Shown here in pieces: positions 10,302 through 20,695 of a stretch of DNA of 64,000 nt. The first letter of the stretch is position 1. Each line of letters opens with the position of its first letter. The notes below the pieces were generated by a model. That model was not told where the DNA came from, did not search any database, and saw only the letters and a program-made list of their open reading frames with translations. The stretch spans positions 1,728,001 through 1,792,000 of the forward strand of contig OZ223300.1 of NCBI GenBank assembly GCA_965140705.1. The letters are read 5' to 3'. A program made the translations under genes and the position numbers. The stretch is from an uncultured Arcobacter sp. Lineage in GTDB: Bacteria; Campylobacterota; Campylobacteria; Campylobacterales; Arcobacteraceae.

Positions 10302-10777
10302 TGACGAATATAATTATATTTAGCAAAAATCAAAAACAGATTCATAATTGGAGAAAAAAGCTTCCTGATTATAATATTGACATTTTGTTACCTATAACAG
10401 AATCTTTCACTTATGAAGATGTAATTGCAATTATAGACAAAACTTCATATGTGGAAAATATTGATAAGACAATTAGTCAACTTAAGAATCAAAAAATAAA
10501 AATACTTTTACTTGAAGAAAACCCTACTTTTCTAAAAGCAAAAGAGCATATCAAATCTGGTATTTGTGGATATGGAAATTTGGAATTAAGTTCAGAGCAA
10601 TTAAATGATGCAATAAAAATCATTAAAGATGACTTGATTTGGTTAGATTCTCAATTCAAAACAGAACTAATGAAAGATATCGATCAAAAATGTATACTTA
10701 ACCATAATAGAGTAGATAGTAACTATAAAAATGCAATTATTTTATCTGATGAAATAATAAGCATAATGAAAATTTAA
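10301..10777 (+). CDS. Degenerate receiver-like protein (LuxR-type REC without an HTH)
   Basis: KILLLEENPTF..A...IKSGICGYGN resembles T1SS-associated LuxR regulators; no HTH is evident. Confidence 0.6.
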   Translation: MTNIIIFSKNQKQIHNWRKKLPDYNIDILLPITESFTYEDVIAIIDKTSYVENIDKTISQLKNQKIKILLLEENPTFLKAKEHIKSGICGYGNLELSSEQLNDAIKIIKDDLIWLDSQFKTELMKDIDQKCILNHNRVDSNYKNAIILSDEIISIMKI

Positions 10778-10792
10778 AATAAGGATAAAAAG

Positions 10793-13700
10793 ATGACAAA
10801 GCTTCTTGCAACCGTAGAAAATACAACTGGTGTTTTTTATGTTAAAAACCAAAATGGAGAGATTCATAAAATAGTAATAGGTGAAAAGATATATGAAGGG
10901 GATACAATTATACCCTCACCTACAAATAATGCAAATGATGTAATTTTATTGGATGATAATAATACACACAAACAATTTTCAATTCCTTCTTATGAAGAGA
11001 TATCCTTAACTAAAGAGTTTGTAAATAATATCTTTAATAATCCTGATTTAAACTTTAATTCAGAAGATATTAATAATGCAGTTAAATTAGCCCAAAATGA
11101 TTACAATAAAAGTGATAATGCACAATTTGTCCAACTTGATAACTCACAAACGGATGTCAATAGTGATTTGAGACAAGCAGAATTTTTAAGAAATAAATAT
11201 GAAAAAAATATTCCAAAAGAACAGGTACAAGAAGAGAGTCAATTTGAACAATTAAATACCACTCAAACTGATGTTAACAGTGATTTAAGACAAGATTCTT
11301 GGTCTATGCTTGCAGATTACACAAAAATAAAAGAGTCAGATGAAACATCATTTAGAAATATTGATATTGATAATAAATTTACGCTAAGAGATGGAGATAG
11401 CGTAAATATAGTTAGTGACTTACGAAAAGCTCAATGGGTAGATGGCGTAGAAGAACCCAAATATGAAGGTGAATATGATAATGAGACAGATATTCCTTCT
11501 AAGACGACTCCTGAAATAACAAATGGTATTCCAACAGCAGTAGATGATACAAGAGTTACTATAAAAGAGGGAGGAGCCAGTATAAATGGACAAGTTCTTT
11601 CAAATGATATTCCAGGAAGTGATGGTTTAATAAAAGGGAAAGAACTCAAAGAGTTTACTTATAATTCAATAACTCATACTTTTGATACTACACATCAAAG
11701 TTATGTAGTTAATACTAAAATAGGACAATTAACAATAAATATAGATGGAACTTGGACTCTTGATCCAAGTGGTATCACAATCACAGAACATACACCTGAT
11801 AGTTTCACCTATAAAATAGTAGATAGTAATGGTGATGTATCAAATAGTGCCACACAACCTTTTTTGATGTTTGATAAAGATTTTGATCCAAATATTACAA
11901 CAACAACAAAAGAAGATACAACAAAAACAATTATTCTCAATGATACAAGTGGAGATATTAAAATAAAAGATACAACATCTGGTAATGAGAAAATTCTTTC
12001 TTCTGGTGAATCAATAGATATAACAAGAAGTGGAGATAATGAAGTAGTTGGGAAAGTTACAAATAATGGTGATGGTTCAATTTCTTTTATTCCTTCTGCA
12101 CATTATAGTGGAAATGATGCTAAATTTTCTTATGAAGTGACAAGAAGTGATAATACTACAATAGTAAATGATAATGTAACAATAACAGTATCTCCTCAAG
12201 CTGAAACAAAAACAACAGACACAGATAACAATACATTAAATGATGTTTTAACTCAAGGAGATAAAACATACTCACCAATTAGTGAAAGTGCTACATATAA
12301 TTATATATCACTTGGTGGACTACATGTAAGCAATGAAGATGATAGGGAAAATAGTTCAAATCCTTTTGCATCTGAACTTACAACTGTAAAATTAAGTGGT
12401 GTGCCAATTGGATTTAAATTCTTATATAACGATGGAACTAGTAATCATGAACTTACTGTTTCAGATGTAAATGATGGAGTTACTATTCCTTTTGAATATA
12501 TTTCAACACTTCAAATAAAACCAACAAACTATTATGCAGGTGAAATTAAAATAGAGATGAGAGTTATCACTGTAGATACTGAAACTGGGAAAGAGAGTAC
12601 AAACATATCTGAACCTGATTATTTAACTCTAAAGGTAAATAATGTAGCAGACCCAGTTACAATTAATGCAGCTCAAGCAAGTGGAAATGAAGATGCAGGA
12701 AGAGCTAATGGTAATACTTCAAATGATGTAAATGCAAGTGAAATAACAAATCCAGAAAATGGAATAAAACTTGATATTACTCCAACTTCTGATGATACAA
12801 GTGGGAGAGAAGAATTTACAATTATTATTTCAAAAATACCTGATGGTGGTGCAATATATTATAAAGATGCAAATGGAACTATAATCGTAGATGAAAATGG
12901 TGTAGTAAGTGGTTCAAATTCTAATGTTACGGTGACAAATGCAGGAACAACCAGCCAAGGAACATCAGGTTGGCAAGTTACTATTGCAGACTTTGACAAT
13001 AATGCACCTTTAACATTCATACCTCCACACAATGATAATAAAGATTATACCCTTGAGGTAAATGGATTTACAAAAGATGGTACAGATGTCTCTTCTATGC
13101 CAGATATTCCAAAAAATATAGATGTAAGTGTTAAAGGTGTCGCGGATATTCCAGTACATGATACTTTTATAAAAGTTGATTCAAATGATCAAGTAAATAG
13201 TGATAGTACAAAAAATATTTATAGTTCAGTTGTAAGTGAAGATACAAATAATACTACAAATGGAACAACTATCTCTTTTAAAGATTTATACAAAGAATCA
13301 GGTCTAAATTCTTATGATAATGATAGTTCAGAAACATTAAGCATTGTTATTACAGGACTTGATGCAAAATTTGATATAAAAGATGTTCCTGGTATTTCAT
13401 TTAATGGTGCTGCTGGAACAGCTAGAGAATGGACTTTTGACCTTGATAAATTGGCAGATGTTTTAATTACTACATCAAAAAATTATAGTGGAGATGTATC
13501 ATTTACAGTTAAACATATTACAACAGAAGATGATGGTAATAGTAAAACATTTACTAATGATGTTGAAGTTCTTATAAAACCAGTTGTTGAAGGAACAATA
13601 TATTCTAGTACAAGTGTTACAGAAGATACAGCTACAAAAGTTAATTTTTCAATAGTAAGTGAAGATAATAATGAAACACTTGATACTGTTTGGATAAAAA

Positions 13701-16444
13701 AAGCAGATATAACAGGAAAAGAATTTACTCTTTATTCTGATAATGGTACAACTCCTCTTAGTGCCAATGGAACTACAATTATTGATGATGGTGAATATTA
13801 TAAATTAATTGGTACAGCTATAAATAGTGTTTATATTAAATATGGTGCAGATATGGGAAGTGCAGATGTAAGTGATGAATCTTTTGGTATAAAATATACT
13901 GTAAGTGATAGTGTAACCGTACATGGAGAGACTTTTACAGATACTAATACAGATGTTACAGGGGTATATAATATTAATCTAACTTCTGTAACTGATACCA
14001 TTTCTGTAGATACAAGTAATGCTGTTGCAACAACTGCAAATATAACTTATGATTCAAGTGCAAAAACTGTTACATTAAATGATACGGGAAGTTTTACTTT
14101 AGATGTAAATGTTACAGGAAATAATGATAAAGATGGTTCTGAAAACTTTACAAGACTTGTAATTGAAGGAGTACAAAGAGGTATAACTGTAGATGGTGCT
14201 ACTATGGGAATAAGTGGCAATAAAAATATTTGGTTTTTAGATATACCAGATACTGCTATTGATGCAAATGGAGGTACTTATAAAGTAACATTTAATGTAA
14301 ATAATAGAATAAATCCAGATTTAGATTCAAATATTAAAATCACTGCTTATTCCCATGATACAGGTGCTGCAACAAATGATATACAATTAGCATCAACCAC
14401 TATAAAATTTATAGATAATATGATAGATGGTGCTGGTGCCCCTACTCCTGATATTGATGCTAAAATGACTGTTAACAATGCTTTAATAACAGAAGATACT
14501 TCATTTAAACTATCTTCAATATTAAATGTAACTGCAGATACTGTAAATGACCCAAATGCAACAGCTACTTATTCAATTGCTTTTAAAGACTTAAAAAATG
14601 TTTCATTTGATACTGATTCATCAACTTATACAATAAATACATATAATGACAATGGAACAGAAATATATGTTATAACAGTAACTGGAACTCAAAGTAATAT
14701 TGATAATATGCTTGATAACGTATATTTTAAACCAACAGAAAACTATAATATTAATAATGCAAACACTCCACTTACTTTTAATGCTGTTTTAACAGCCTAT
14801 CAAGCAAATGGTTATGGAAGAGATACAGCTACCATTGATTTTTCAAGTGCAGATAATGCTAACTCCGTTAAGCCTGTAACGGATGATATTAGCTCAAATG
14901 TTGCTTTTACATATGTTGATGAAAATAATAACACAGCTTCAAGTGCTCAAGAAGATGGAGAAACTACAATAAAAATAACTTTTGATACAGTTGATTCTCC
15001 ACATTATAAGATGGTACAAGGTGCATCTGATTCAAATACTTTAACAACTATTGAGATAAAACATACAAGTGGAATATATGGAACCCTTTCATGGAATGGT
15101 GGAAGTTATACTTTTGATAGTACACATTCAAGTGCAATTGTGCCTATTGATCAATTAAATAGCAGCGATTTAAAATTTACACCTATGGCAAATAAAGCAG
15201 GTAATGCAAGTTTTAGCTATACAGTTTATGCACTTGAAGATGGAGCTGATAATATTAATAGTACAACAAAAAGTTTCAATATAAATGTTTCAGCCGTAGC
15301 AGATGGTCTTAATTTACCTGATTTATCAGGAAAAGGAGATGAAGATAGTTTTATTGAAATATATGCAGATAAAGCAAATTCAACTTCACTTAAAGGTGCA
15401 ACTTTAATAGATACTGATGGTTCAGAAAGTATCACATCTATGTTTATAAAAAGTGTACCAGAAAACTTTTTAATTTATATTGGAGATTCTCATCAAACCT
15501 TAGCTACTAAAGGAAGTATTGATGGTAGTGGAAATTATAGTTGGACAATAAATATAAGTGGAGGAATACCAAAAATTTGGATAAAAGCTCCTGAAAATTG
15601 GAGTAGTACGACACCTGTAGATTTAACTCTTGAAACTGTTGTAAAAGATGGTAGTTCTACAACTATAGTTTCAAAAGACTTTCATGTCACTGTTGATAGT
15701 GTTGTCGATGGTTTTTCATCTGTAACACCTAATGATGCAATACAAACAGGAAGTACAGATACAACAATAAATCTAAATGCAAATGCCATAGATTTGGATG
15801 GTTCTGAAACTGGTATTTTAACATTAAAAGGACTTGGTACTGGTGCAACTTTTAAACAAGATGGATCATTGATAAGTGCCGTTTATGATAATGGAACGGA
15901 TATATATACTATAAAAGATATAGATTTAAGTACAGACAAATTAAATAAACTTACTTTTCAACAAGAAGGATTACATAATAAACAAATTGATTATACTTTT
16001 AAAACAATTGAGGGTGATGATAATGAAGTATCACCAATAAAAAGCGGAAGCTTCAATGCTACAACTGATAATGTTATTACAGATATCAACACAAGTGGTG
16101 TAGATGGTCAAGCGGATAGACTTGAACTAAATAGTGGAGGAATAGACTTTTCAACAATTGCTTCAACAAGTATAGAAAAAATCGATTTAACTCAAAATGG
16201 AGATCATGATATTTCTAATGTAACTTTAGCAGATGTAGTAAAAATGACAGAAGGTTCAAACAATCTTATCTTTGTAGCAGATGATGCTAACGATAAAGTT
16301 GAATTAAAAAATGAGGGTGGAAATACTTGGACACAAGGTGCAGATACTACTTATGGAGGAGAAACATACAAAACTTATTCTAACAGTGGTGATCCAACGG
16401 TAAAAGTACAAATTAGTGATGATGCAAGCGTGGCAATTGCATAA
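10793..16444 (+). CDS. Large T1SS-secreted adhesin (retention module, Ig/cadherin-like repeats, BapA-like C-terminus), 1883 aa
   Basis: N-terminus GVFYVKNQNGEIHKIVIGEKIYEGDTI; D/N/T-rich; PTAVDD, DSFTY and repeated DxDGSE motifs; C-terminal IEKIDL...VTLADV; no Sec signal. Confidence 0.9.
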   Translation: MTKLLATVENTTGVFYVKNQNGEIHKIVIGEKIYEGDTIIPSPTNNANDVILLDDNNTHKQFSIPSYEEISLTKEFVNNIFNNPDLNFNSEDINNAVKLAQNDYNKSDNAQFVQLDNSQTDVNSDLRQAEFLRNKYEKNIPKEQVQEESQFEQLNTTQTDVNSDLRQDSWSMLADYTKIKESDETSFRNIDIDNKFTLRDGDSVNIVSDLRKAQWVDGVEEPKYEGEYDNETDIPSKTTPEITNGIPTAVDDTRVTIKEGGASINGQVLSNDIPGSDGLIKGKELKEFTYNSITHTFDTTHQSYVVNTKIGQLTINIDGTWTLDPSGITITEHTPDSFTYKIVDSNGDVSNSATQPFLMFDKDFDPNITTTTKEDTTKTIILNDTSGDIKIKDTTSGNEKILSSGESIDITRSGDNEVVGKVTNNGDGSISFIPSAHYSGNDAKFSYEVTRSDNTTIVNDNVTITVSPQAETKTTDTDNNTLNDVLTQGDKTYSPISESATYNYISLGGLHVSNEDDRENSSNPFASELTTVKLSGVPIGFKFLYNDGTSNHELTVSDVNDGVTIPFEYISTLQIKPTNYYAGEIKIEMRVITVDTETGKESTNISEPDYLTLKVNNVADPVTINAAQASGNEDAGRANGNTSNDVNASEITNPENGIKLDITPTSDDTSGREEFTIIISKIPDGGAIYYKDANGTIIVDENGVVSGSNSNVTVTNAGTTSQGTSGWQVTIADFDNNAPLTFIPPHNDNKDYTLEVNGFTKDGTDVSSMPDIPKNIDVSVKGVADIPVHDTFIKVDSNDQVNSDSTKNIYSSVVSEDTNNTTNGTTISFKDLYKESGLNSYDNDSSETLSIVITGLDAKFDIKDVPGISFNGAAGTAREWTFDLDKLADVLITTSKNYSGDVSFTVKHITTEDDGNSKTFTNDVEVLIKPVVEGTIYSSTSVTEDTATKVNFSIVSEDNNETLDTVWIKKADITGKEFTLYSDNGTTPLSANGTTIIDDGEYYKLIGTAINSVYIKYGADMGSADVSDESFGIKYTVSDSVTVHGETFTDTNTDVTGVYNINLTSVTDTISVDTSNAVATTANITYDSSAKTVTLNDTGSFTLDVNVTGNNDKDGSENFTRLVIEGVQRGITVDGATMGISGNKNIWFLDIPDTAIDANGGTYKVTFNVNNRINPDLDSNIKITAYSHDTGAATNDIQLASTTIKFIDNMIDGAGAPTPDIDAKMTVNNALITEDTSFKLSSILNVTADTVNDPNATATYSIAFKDLKNVSFDTDSSTYTINTYNDNGTEIYVITVTGTQSNIDNMLDNVYFKPTENYNINNANTPLTFNAVLTAYQANGYGRDTATIDFSSADNANSVKPVTDDISSNVAFTYVDENNNTASSAQEDGETTIKITFDTVDSPHYKMVQGASDSNTLTTIEIKHTSGIYGTLSWNGGSYTFDSTHSSAIVPIDQLNSSDLKFTPMANKAGNASFSYTVYALEDGADNINSTTKSFNINVSAVADGLNLPDLSGKGDEDSFIEIYADKANSTSLKGATLIDTDGSESITSMFIKSVPENFLIYIGDSHQTLATKGSIDGSGNYSWTINISGGIPKIWIKAPENWSSTTPVDLTLETVVKDGSSTTIVSKDFHVTVDSVVDGFSSVTPNDAIQTGSTDTTINLNANAIDLDGSETGILTLKGLGTGATFKQDGSLISAVYDNGTDIYTIKDIDLSTDKLNKLTFQQEGLHNKQIDYTFKTIEGDDNEVSPIKSGSFNATTDNVITDINTSGVDGQADRLELNSGGIDFSTIASTSIEKIDLTQNGDHDISNVTLADVVKMTEGSNNLIFVADDANDKVELKNEGGNTWTQGADTTYGGETYKTYSNSGDPTVKVQISDDASVAIA
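11120..11437 (+). repeat. Three degenerate 22-aa repeats (F-x8-D/N-V/I-x-SDLR) in the adhesin N-terminus
   Basis: 11120-11185 AQFVQLDNSQTDVNSDLRQAEF; 11237-11302 SQFEQLNTTQTDVNSDLRQDSW; 11372-11437 NKFTLRDGDSVNIVSDLRKAQW. Confidence 0.85.
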
Positions 16445-16459
16445 TCATTTTAGATAACT

Positions 16460-16999
16460 CTACTCTAACTCTATCAATGCTTCTATTAAAGAAGCATTGA
16501 TAATCGAACAAATAAATTTCACAGTACCACTCCAACCAATATACTCAACCAAATCATCCACTTTTTCATATTTTTCTTCAACACTTGGGTCAGAATTTAT
16601 TAATTTAAGTATCAAATTAAAAATATCATTATCATTTATTTTACAAAGTTCTAAAATATTTGTTTGAACTTCTAAATTCCCATATGAATTATTCGCTTCT
16701 TCTTTTGTAAAGCTTTCAACCAGATTTCCAAAAATTTGTAAAGTTCTTCTTAAAGCACTTTTTATTAATTCCATTTTATAACATAAATCAACTTTTGAGG
16801 AATAAGACATTTGAGGTAGTTCAGCTTTTTTTGATACTTGGGCTAATTTAACTTTGAGCAATTTATCCAAAGTATCTTCTAAGATAGCCACAGAAATAAT
16901 CATAACCTCTCTATCGTTCTTATTTGCTATTTTATTTGTATATATTTTCATATTTTGTGCAAATCTTCTATTTGCATCTAAACTTTTATCAAATATCAT
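16460..16999 (-). CDS. MtlR (mannitol repressor)-like protein
   Basis: NDREVMIISVAILEDTLDKLL...SYSSKVDLCYKMELI matches the MtlR-family pattern. Confidence 0.55.
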   Translation of the reverse strand: MIFDKSLDANRRFAQNMKIYTNKIANKNDREVMIISVAILEDTLDKLLKVKLAQVSKKAELPQMSYSSKVDLCYKMELIKSALRRTLQIFGNLVESFTKEEANNSYGNLEVQTNILELCKINDNDIFNLILKLINSDPSVEEKYEKVDDLVEYIGWSGTVKFICSIINASLIEALIELE

Positions 17000-17008
17000 A
17001 TTAATTCA

Positions 17009-18133
17009 CTATGAGCAACATGTTGCTCCTTTTTTAGGAAACTTGATTCTATATAAATGATAAAATATTAGTATTAACATAAATAAAGAAGCTAAAGATT
17101 TCACAAGGCTTGTCTCATCCACATCACTAGAAATAGATAGTAATTCTAAGTGTTGAAAATAAAAATCAAAAGCAAATCCAAAAGCCAATGATAATATAGC
17201 AATTACACCAACATATATTATCAATGATCTTTTACCTAACATTTTATATACAATACTCATAGTAACAGCACTAGTAGCTGGACCTGCTGTTAAAAATATA
17301 AATACAGCCCCTGCACTCATTCCTTGAAGCATAAGCGCTGCTGCAAGTGGTAAAGATGATGTGGCACAAGTATATAAAGGAATAGCAAAAAGCAAAATCA
17401 CAAAATAAGTCAATATTTGATTGTCAAATAAAAGTTTTGCGTACTCTTGTGGAATAAAAGTTGTAAAAAGAGCTCCTAAAATCAATCCAATCAATAAGGA
17501 TTTTGCCATATCAGAAAAAAGAGTTCCATATCCATAAGCCAAAGCCTTTTTTATAGAAAAGCCCTCTTTACTCTTTGATGAACTAGCACAACAACTAGAA
17601 CCACTACAACAAAAACTTTCACTCTCTTTCGTTTCTTGTGCTTTAAAAGTAGGATTAACTGCAAAACTTGAGTTTGGAGTAAAAGTTTGAAATTTTGGTT
17701 TCTCAACAAACACTTCCTCTTTTTTCTCAAAAAAGTTTTGAATAAGCCCAACTACTATTGCGATTACTACTGAAGAAACAACCCTAAAGACAGTAAATAT
17801 AATACCAAAAAAGGAAAAAGTAGCTAATATAGAATCAACACCAGTTATTGGAGTTGAAATTAAGAAACTCTGAATTGAGCCCTTACTTGCACCCTCTTTT
17901 TTTAATCCTTGTGCTAAAGGAATAACAGAACAAGAACAAACAGGTAATGGTATTCCAAAAATTGTTGCTTTTATAACTGACATGGTTGAGTTTTTACCCA
18001 AATGAGAAGATATAAAATCATCAGGGATTAATTGTTTTAAAATCCCTGCTATAAAAAGTCCAACTATTACATAGATACTCATTGCATCTAATAGTTTTAA
18101 AAAATTTGTTGTAAATTCTAATATTAATTCCAT
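17009..18133 (-). CDS. DUF318/ArsP-family permease (SO_0444-like putative metal efflux)
   Basis: GIPLPVCSCSVIP, FLISTPITGVDS, PLYTCATSSLP, FLTAGPATS. Confidence 0.87.
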   Translation of the reverse strand: MELILEFTTNFLKLLDAMSIYVIVGLFIAGILKQLIPDDFISSHLGKNSTMSVIKATIFGIPLPVCSCSVIPLAQGLKKEGASKGSIQSFLISTPITGVDSILATFSFFGIIFTVFRVVSSVVIAIVVGLIQNFFEKKEEVFVEKPKFQTFTPNSSFAVNPTFKAQETKESESFCCSGSSCCASSSKSKEGFSIKKALAYGYGTLFSDMAKSLLIGLILGALFTTFIPQEYAKLLFDNQILTYFVILLFAIPLYTCATSSLPLAAALMLQGMSAGAVFIFLTAGPATSAVTMSIVYKMLGKRSLIIYVGVIAILSLAFGFAFDFYFQHLELLSISSDVDETSLVKSLASLFMLILIFYHLYRIKFPKKGATCCS

Positions 18134-19384
18134 TTATTCACCTATTAATTTACTTTCGTCAATAGTTTTTTTGGCTTTTACACCAAGCTCTTCAAACTCT
18201 TGAGCACGTCTAAGAAGATTTCCTCTTCCCACACTTAACTTATTGATAGCTTCATCATATGACTTTTTGGATCTATCAATATGAATACCTATATTTTCTA
18301 TATCTTTTACAAAAGAAGCGAATTTATCATATAAATCAGCTGCTTTTTTTGAGATAATCAAAGCATTTTCATTTTGATGCTCATATCTCCAAATATTTTC
18401 TATTGTTCTTAATGTCACAAACAAAGTTGAAGGAGAAACAAGCATAATATTATTCTCAAAAGCTACTTTAAAAAGATTGCTATCTTTTGAAGCTGCAAGC
18501 ATAAAAGCTCCCTCAATAGGAATAAAAAGCAAAACAAAATCCAAAGTTTTTAAATCACTTATTTCATCATAATTTTTAGAACTAAGTCCTTTGATATGTG
18601 CATAAATAGATTTTATCAACTCTTTTGCATATCTTTGTTTTTCTAACTCTTCTTCACTTTCTATATAATTTGTATATGCAAGAAGTGATACCTTAGAGTC
18701 TATTATTACATCTTTATCTTGTGGTAGATGTACAATAACATCTGGTCTTAATCTTTTTCCATCTTCTGAAGTAAAACTTCCTTGTGTCGAGTACTCTACT
18801 CCTTCTCTAAGCCCTGTTTGTTCTAAAATCTTAGATAAAATCATCTCACCCCAGTCACCTTGGGTTTTGTTTTCTCCTTTTAATGCTTTAGTTAGATTAA
18901 CTGCATCTTGAGAAATCTGATTGTTTAAATCCTTTAGATTTTTAATCTCTGTTAGTAAAGTAACTCTTTGTTTAGTCTCATCATTGTAAATATCATTTAC
19001 CCTCTTCCCAAAACTATTAAGTTGCTCTTTAAAGGGACTTAGTACTTGATTTAGATTCAAAGATGACTTTTTGGAATTCTCTTCAAAAAGTTTATTTGCT
19101 AAAGATTCAAATTCTAATTTCATTTGCTTTTTAGAATCTTCCAAAAGCTGAAGTTTTTCATCATAAGATTCTACTCTTATTTTAAACTCACTATTCATAG
19201 CCTTTTTAGACTCTTCATATCTAATCTTTTCATACTCTAGTCTTTGAAGTACCTCTTTTTGCATAGACTCTTTTTCATAAACTAAAGTTGACAACTTCTT
19301 TTCATAAACTAATCGCACAAATATGTATGTGATTAGTATCGATACAAAAATTACAGCAGAAAAGATTAGAATTTCATTAGACAT
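18134..19384 (-). CDS. rmuC: DNA recombination protein RmuC
   Basis: QGDWGEMIL, RPDVIVHLP, IIDSKVSL, DFVLLFIPIEGAF, SPSTL. Confidence 0.95.
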   Translation of the reverse strand: MSNEILIFSAVIFVSILITYIFVRLVYEKKLSTLVYEKESMQKEVLQRLEYEKIRYEESKKAMNSEFKIRVESYDEKLQLLEDSKKQMKLEFESLANKLFEENSKKSSLNLNQVLSPFKEQLNSFGKRVNDIYNDETKQRVTLLTEIKNLKDLNNQISQDAVNLTKALKGENKTQGDWGEMILSKILEQTGLREGVEYSTQGSFTSEDGKRLRPDVIVHLPQDKDVIIDSKVSLLAYTNYIESEEELEKQRYAKELIKSIYAHIKGLSSKNYDEISDLKTLDFVLLFIPIEGAFMLAASKDSNLFKVAFENNIMLVSPSTLFVTLRTIENIWRYEHQNENALIISKKAADLYDKFASFVKDIENIGIHIDRSKKSYDEAINKLSVGRGNLLRRAQEFEELGVKAKKTIDESKLIGE

Positions 19385-20624
19385 TTAAATTAAATTCATC
19401 TTTCAATGCATTTTCAGCTTCTGAATGTACATCATAACCCAACTCTTTAAATCTCTCTACCAATGGTGGATGAGAATAATAGAAGAAGATATATAAAGGA
19501 TGAGATAATGGAAATGATTTATTCTCATTCGCAAGTTTTAATAAAGCACTTACCAAATCCTCTTTTGTCTGAAGATTTGAACCAAATTCATCAGCTGCAT
19601 ATTCATTATGTCTAGAGATTAAAGACATCAAAGGCATAAGGAAAAACGAAAGTATAGGTGAAAACATCAAAAATACTGTAATAATCGCATATGGTTCATT
19701 TGAAATATTAAGCCCTAAAAATATTTCATCTCCAAGATTTCCAAATATTGCAAAAAATATAAACATAATAAAGCCCATAATTCCAATATTTTTCAAAATA
19801 TCACCATTTTTAAAGTGTCCTAATTCATGACCTAAAACTGCCAATAATTCATTATGAGAAAGTTTTTCAATCAAAGTATCAAATAAAACTACCCTTTTAG
19901 TACTTCCCAATCCCCCAAAATAAGCATTTAGTCGATTATCTCTTTTACTTGCATCAACTGAAAATACACCAGAACTTTTAAATCCTACTTCATTTAGAAG
20001 ATTATTGATTTTTTCTTCTAACTCCTTATCTTTCAAAGGTTCAAATTTATCAAACATCTTATCTCTAATCACTGGATAAAGCATATTTATCAAAATAATC
20101 ACTGCAAAAATAAAAACAAAGCCCCAAATCCACCACATAGGGAAAGATTGGATTATAAAAGAAATCGCAGCAATAATAATAGATCCAAAAACTAAAAATA
20201 AAACACCAGTTTTAAGCGTATCCATAATATATAATTTTGCTGTCATATTAGAAAAACCATATTTTTTATTTAATTTAAATGTAGAGTATAAATCAAATGG
20301 TAAGCCTAAAATCCAATTTATGATAATAAAAGCATCTACAAAAATAATGGCTTTTAACCAAAGCTCTTGAGTAGTAACGATTGAATCTAAAAATCCCAAT
20401 CCAAACTTTATCCATAAAAAGAAGATGACAAAGTCATATAAAGTAGAAAGAATTGCAACTCTTTCTTTTTCAATAGTATAGTTTGCTGCTGTTTTATATT
20501 TATCATCTGAAAGTATTACAGGTTTCAGATTCTTTGCATTTTGCACAAATCCAACTTGCATAAATGAGGTATAAATATTAAATAAAAAATAAAAACAATA
20601 AGCAATAACAAAAATTTCTAACAC
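19377..20624 (-). CDS. M48 (Ste24-like) zinc metallopeptidase
   Basis: NAYFGG, HELGH, EYAAD, YSHPPLVER; multiple TM segments. Confidence 0.94.
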   Translation of the reverse strand: MLEIFVIAYCFYFLFNIYTSFMQVGFVQNAKNLKPVILSDDKYKTAANYTIEKERVAILSTLYDFVIFFLWIKFGLGFLDSIVTTQELWLKAIIFVDAFIIINWILGLPFDLYSTFKLNKKYGFSNMTAKLYIMDTLKTGVLFLVFGSIIIAAISFIIQSFPMWWIWGFVFIFAVIILINMLYPVIRDKMFDKFEPLKDKELEEKINNLLNEVGFKSSGVFSVDASKRDNRLNAYFGGLGSTKRVVLFDTLIEKLSHNELLAVLGHELGHFKNGDILKNIGIMGFIMFIFFAIFGNLGDEIFLGLNISNEPYAIITVFLMFSPILSFFLMPLMSLISRHNEYAADEFGSNLQTKEDLVSALLKLANENKSFPLSHPLYIFFYYSHPPLVERFKELGYDVHSEAENALKDEFNLNV

Positions 20625-20695
20625 AAAATATCCTTTTATAATTTTAGATATTTTATCTACTTGTAACTTGCATAGTAGTAAAAAAAATATAGTAG

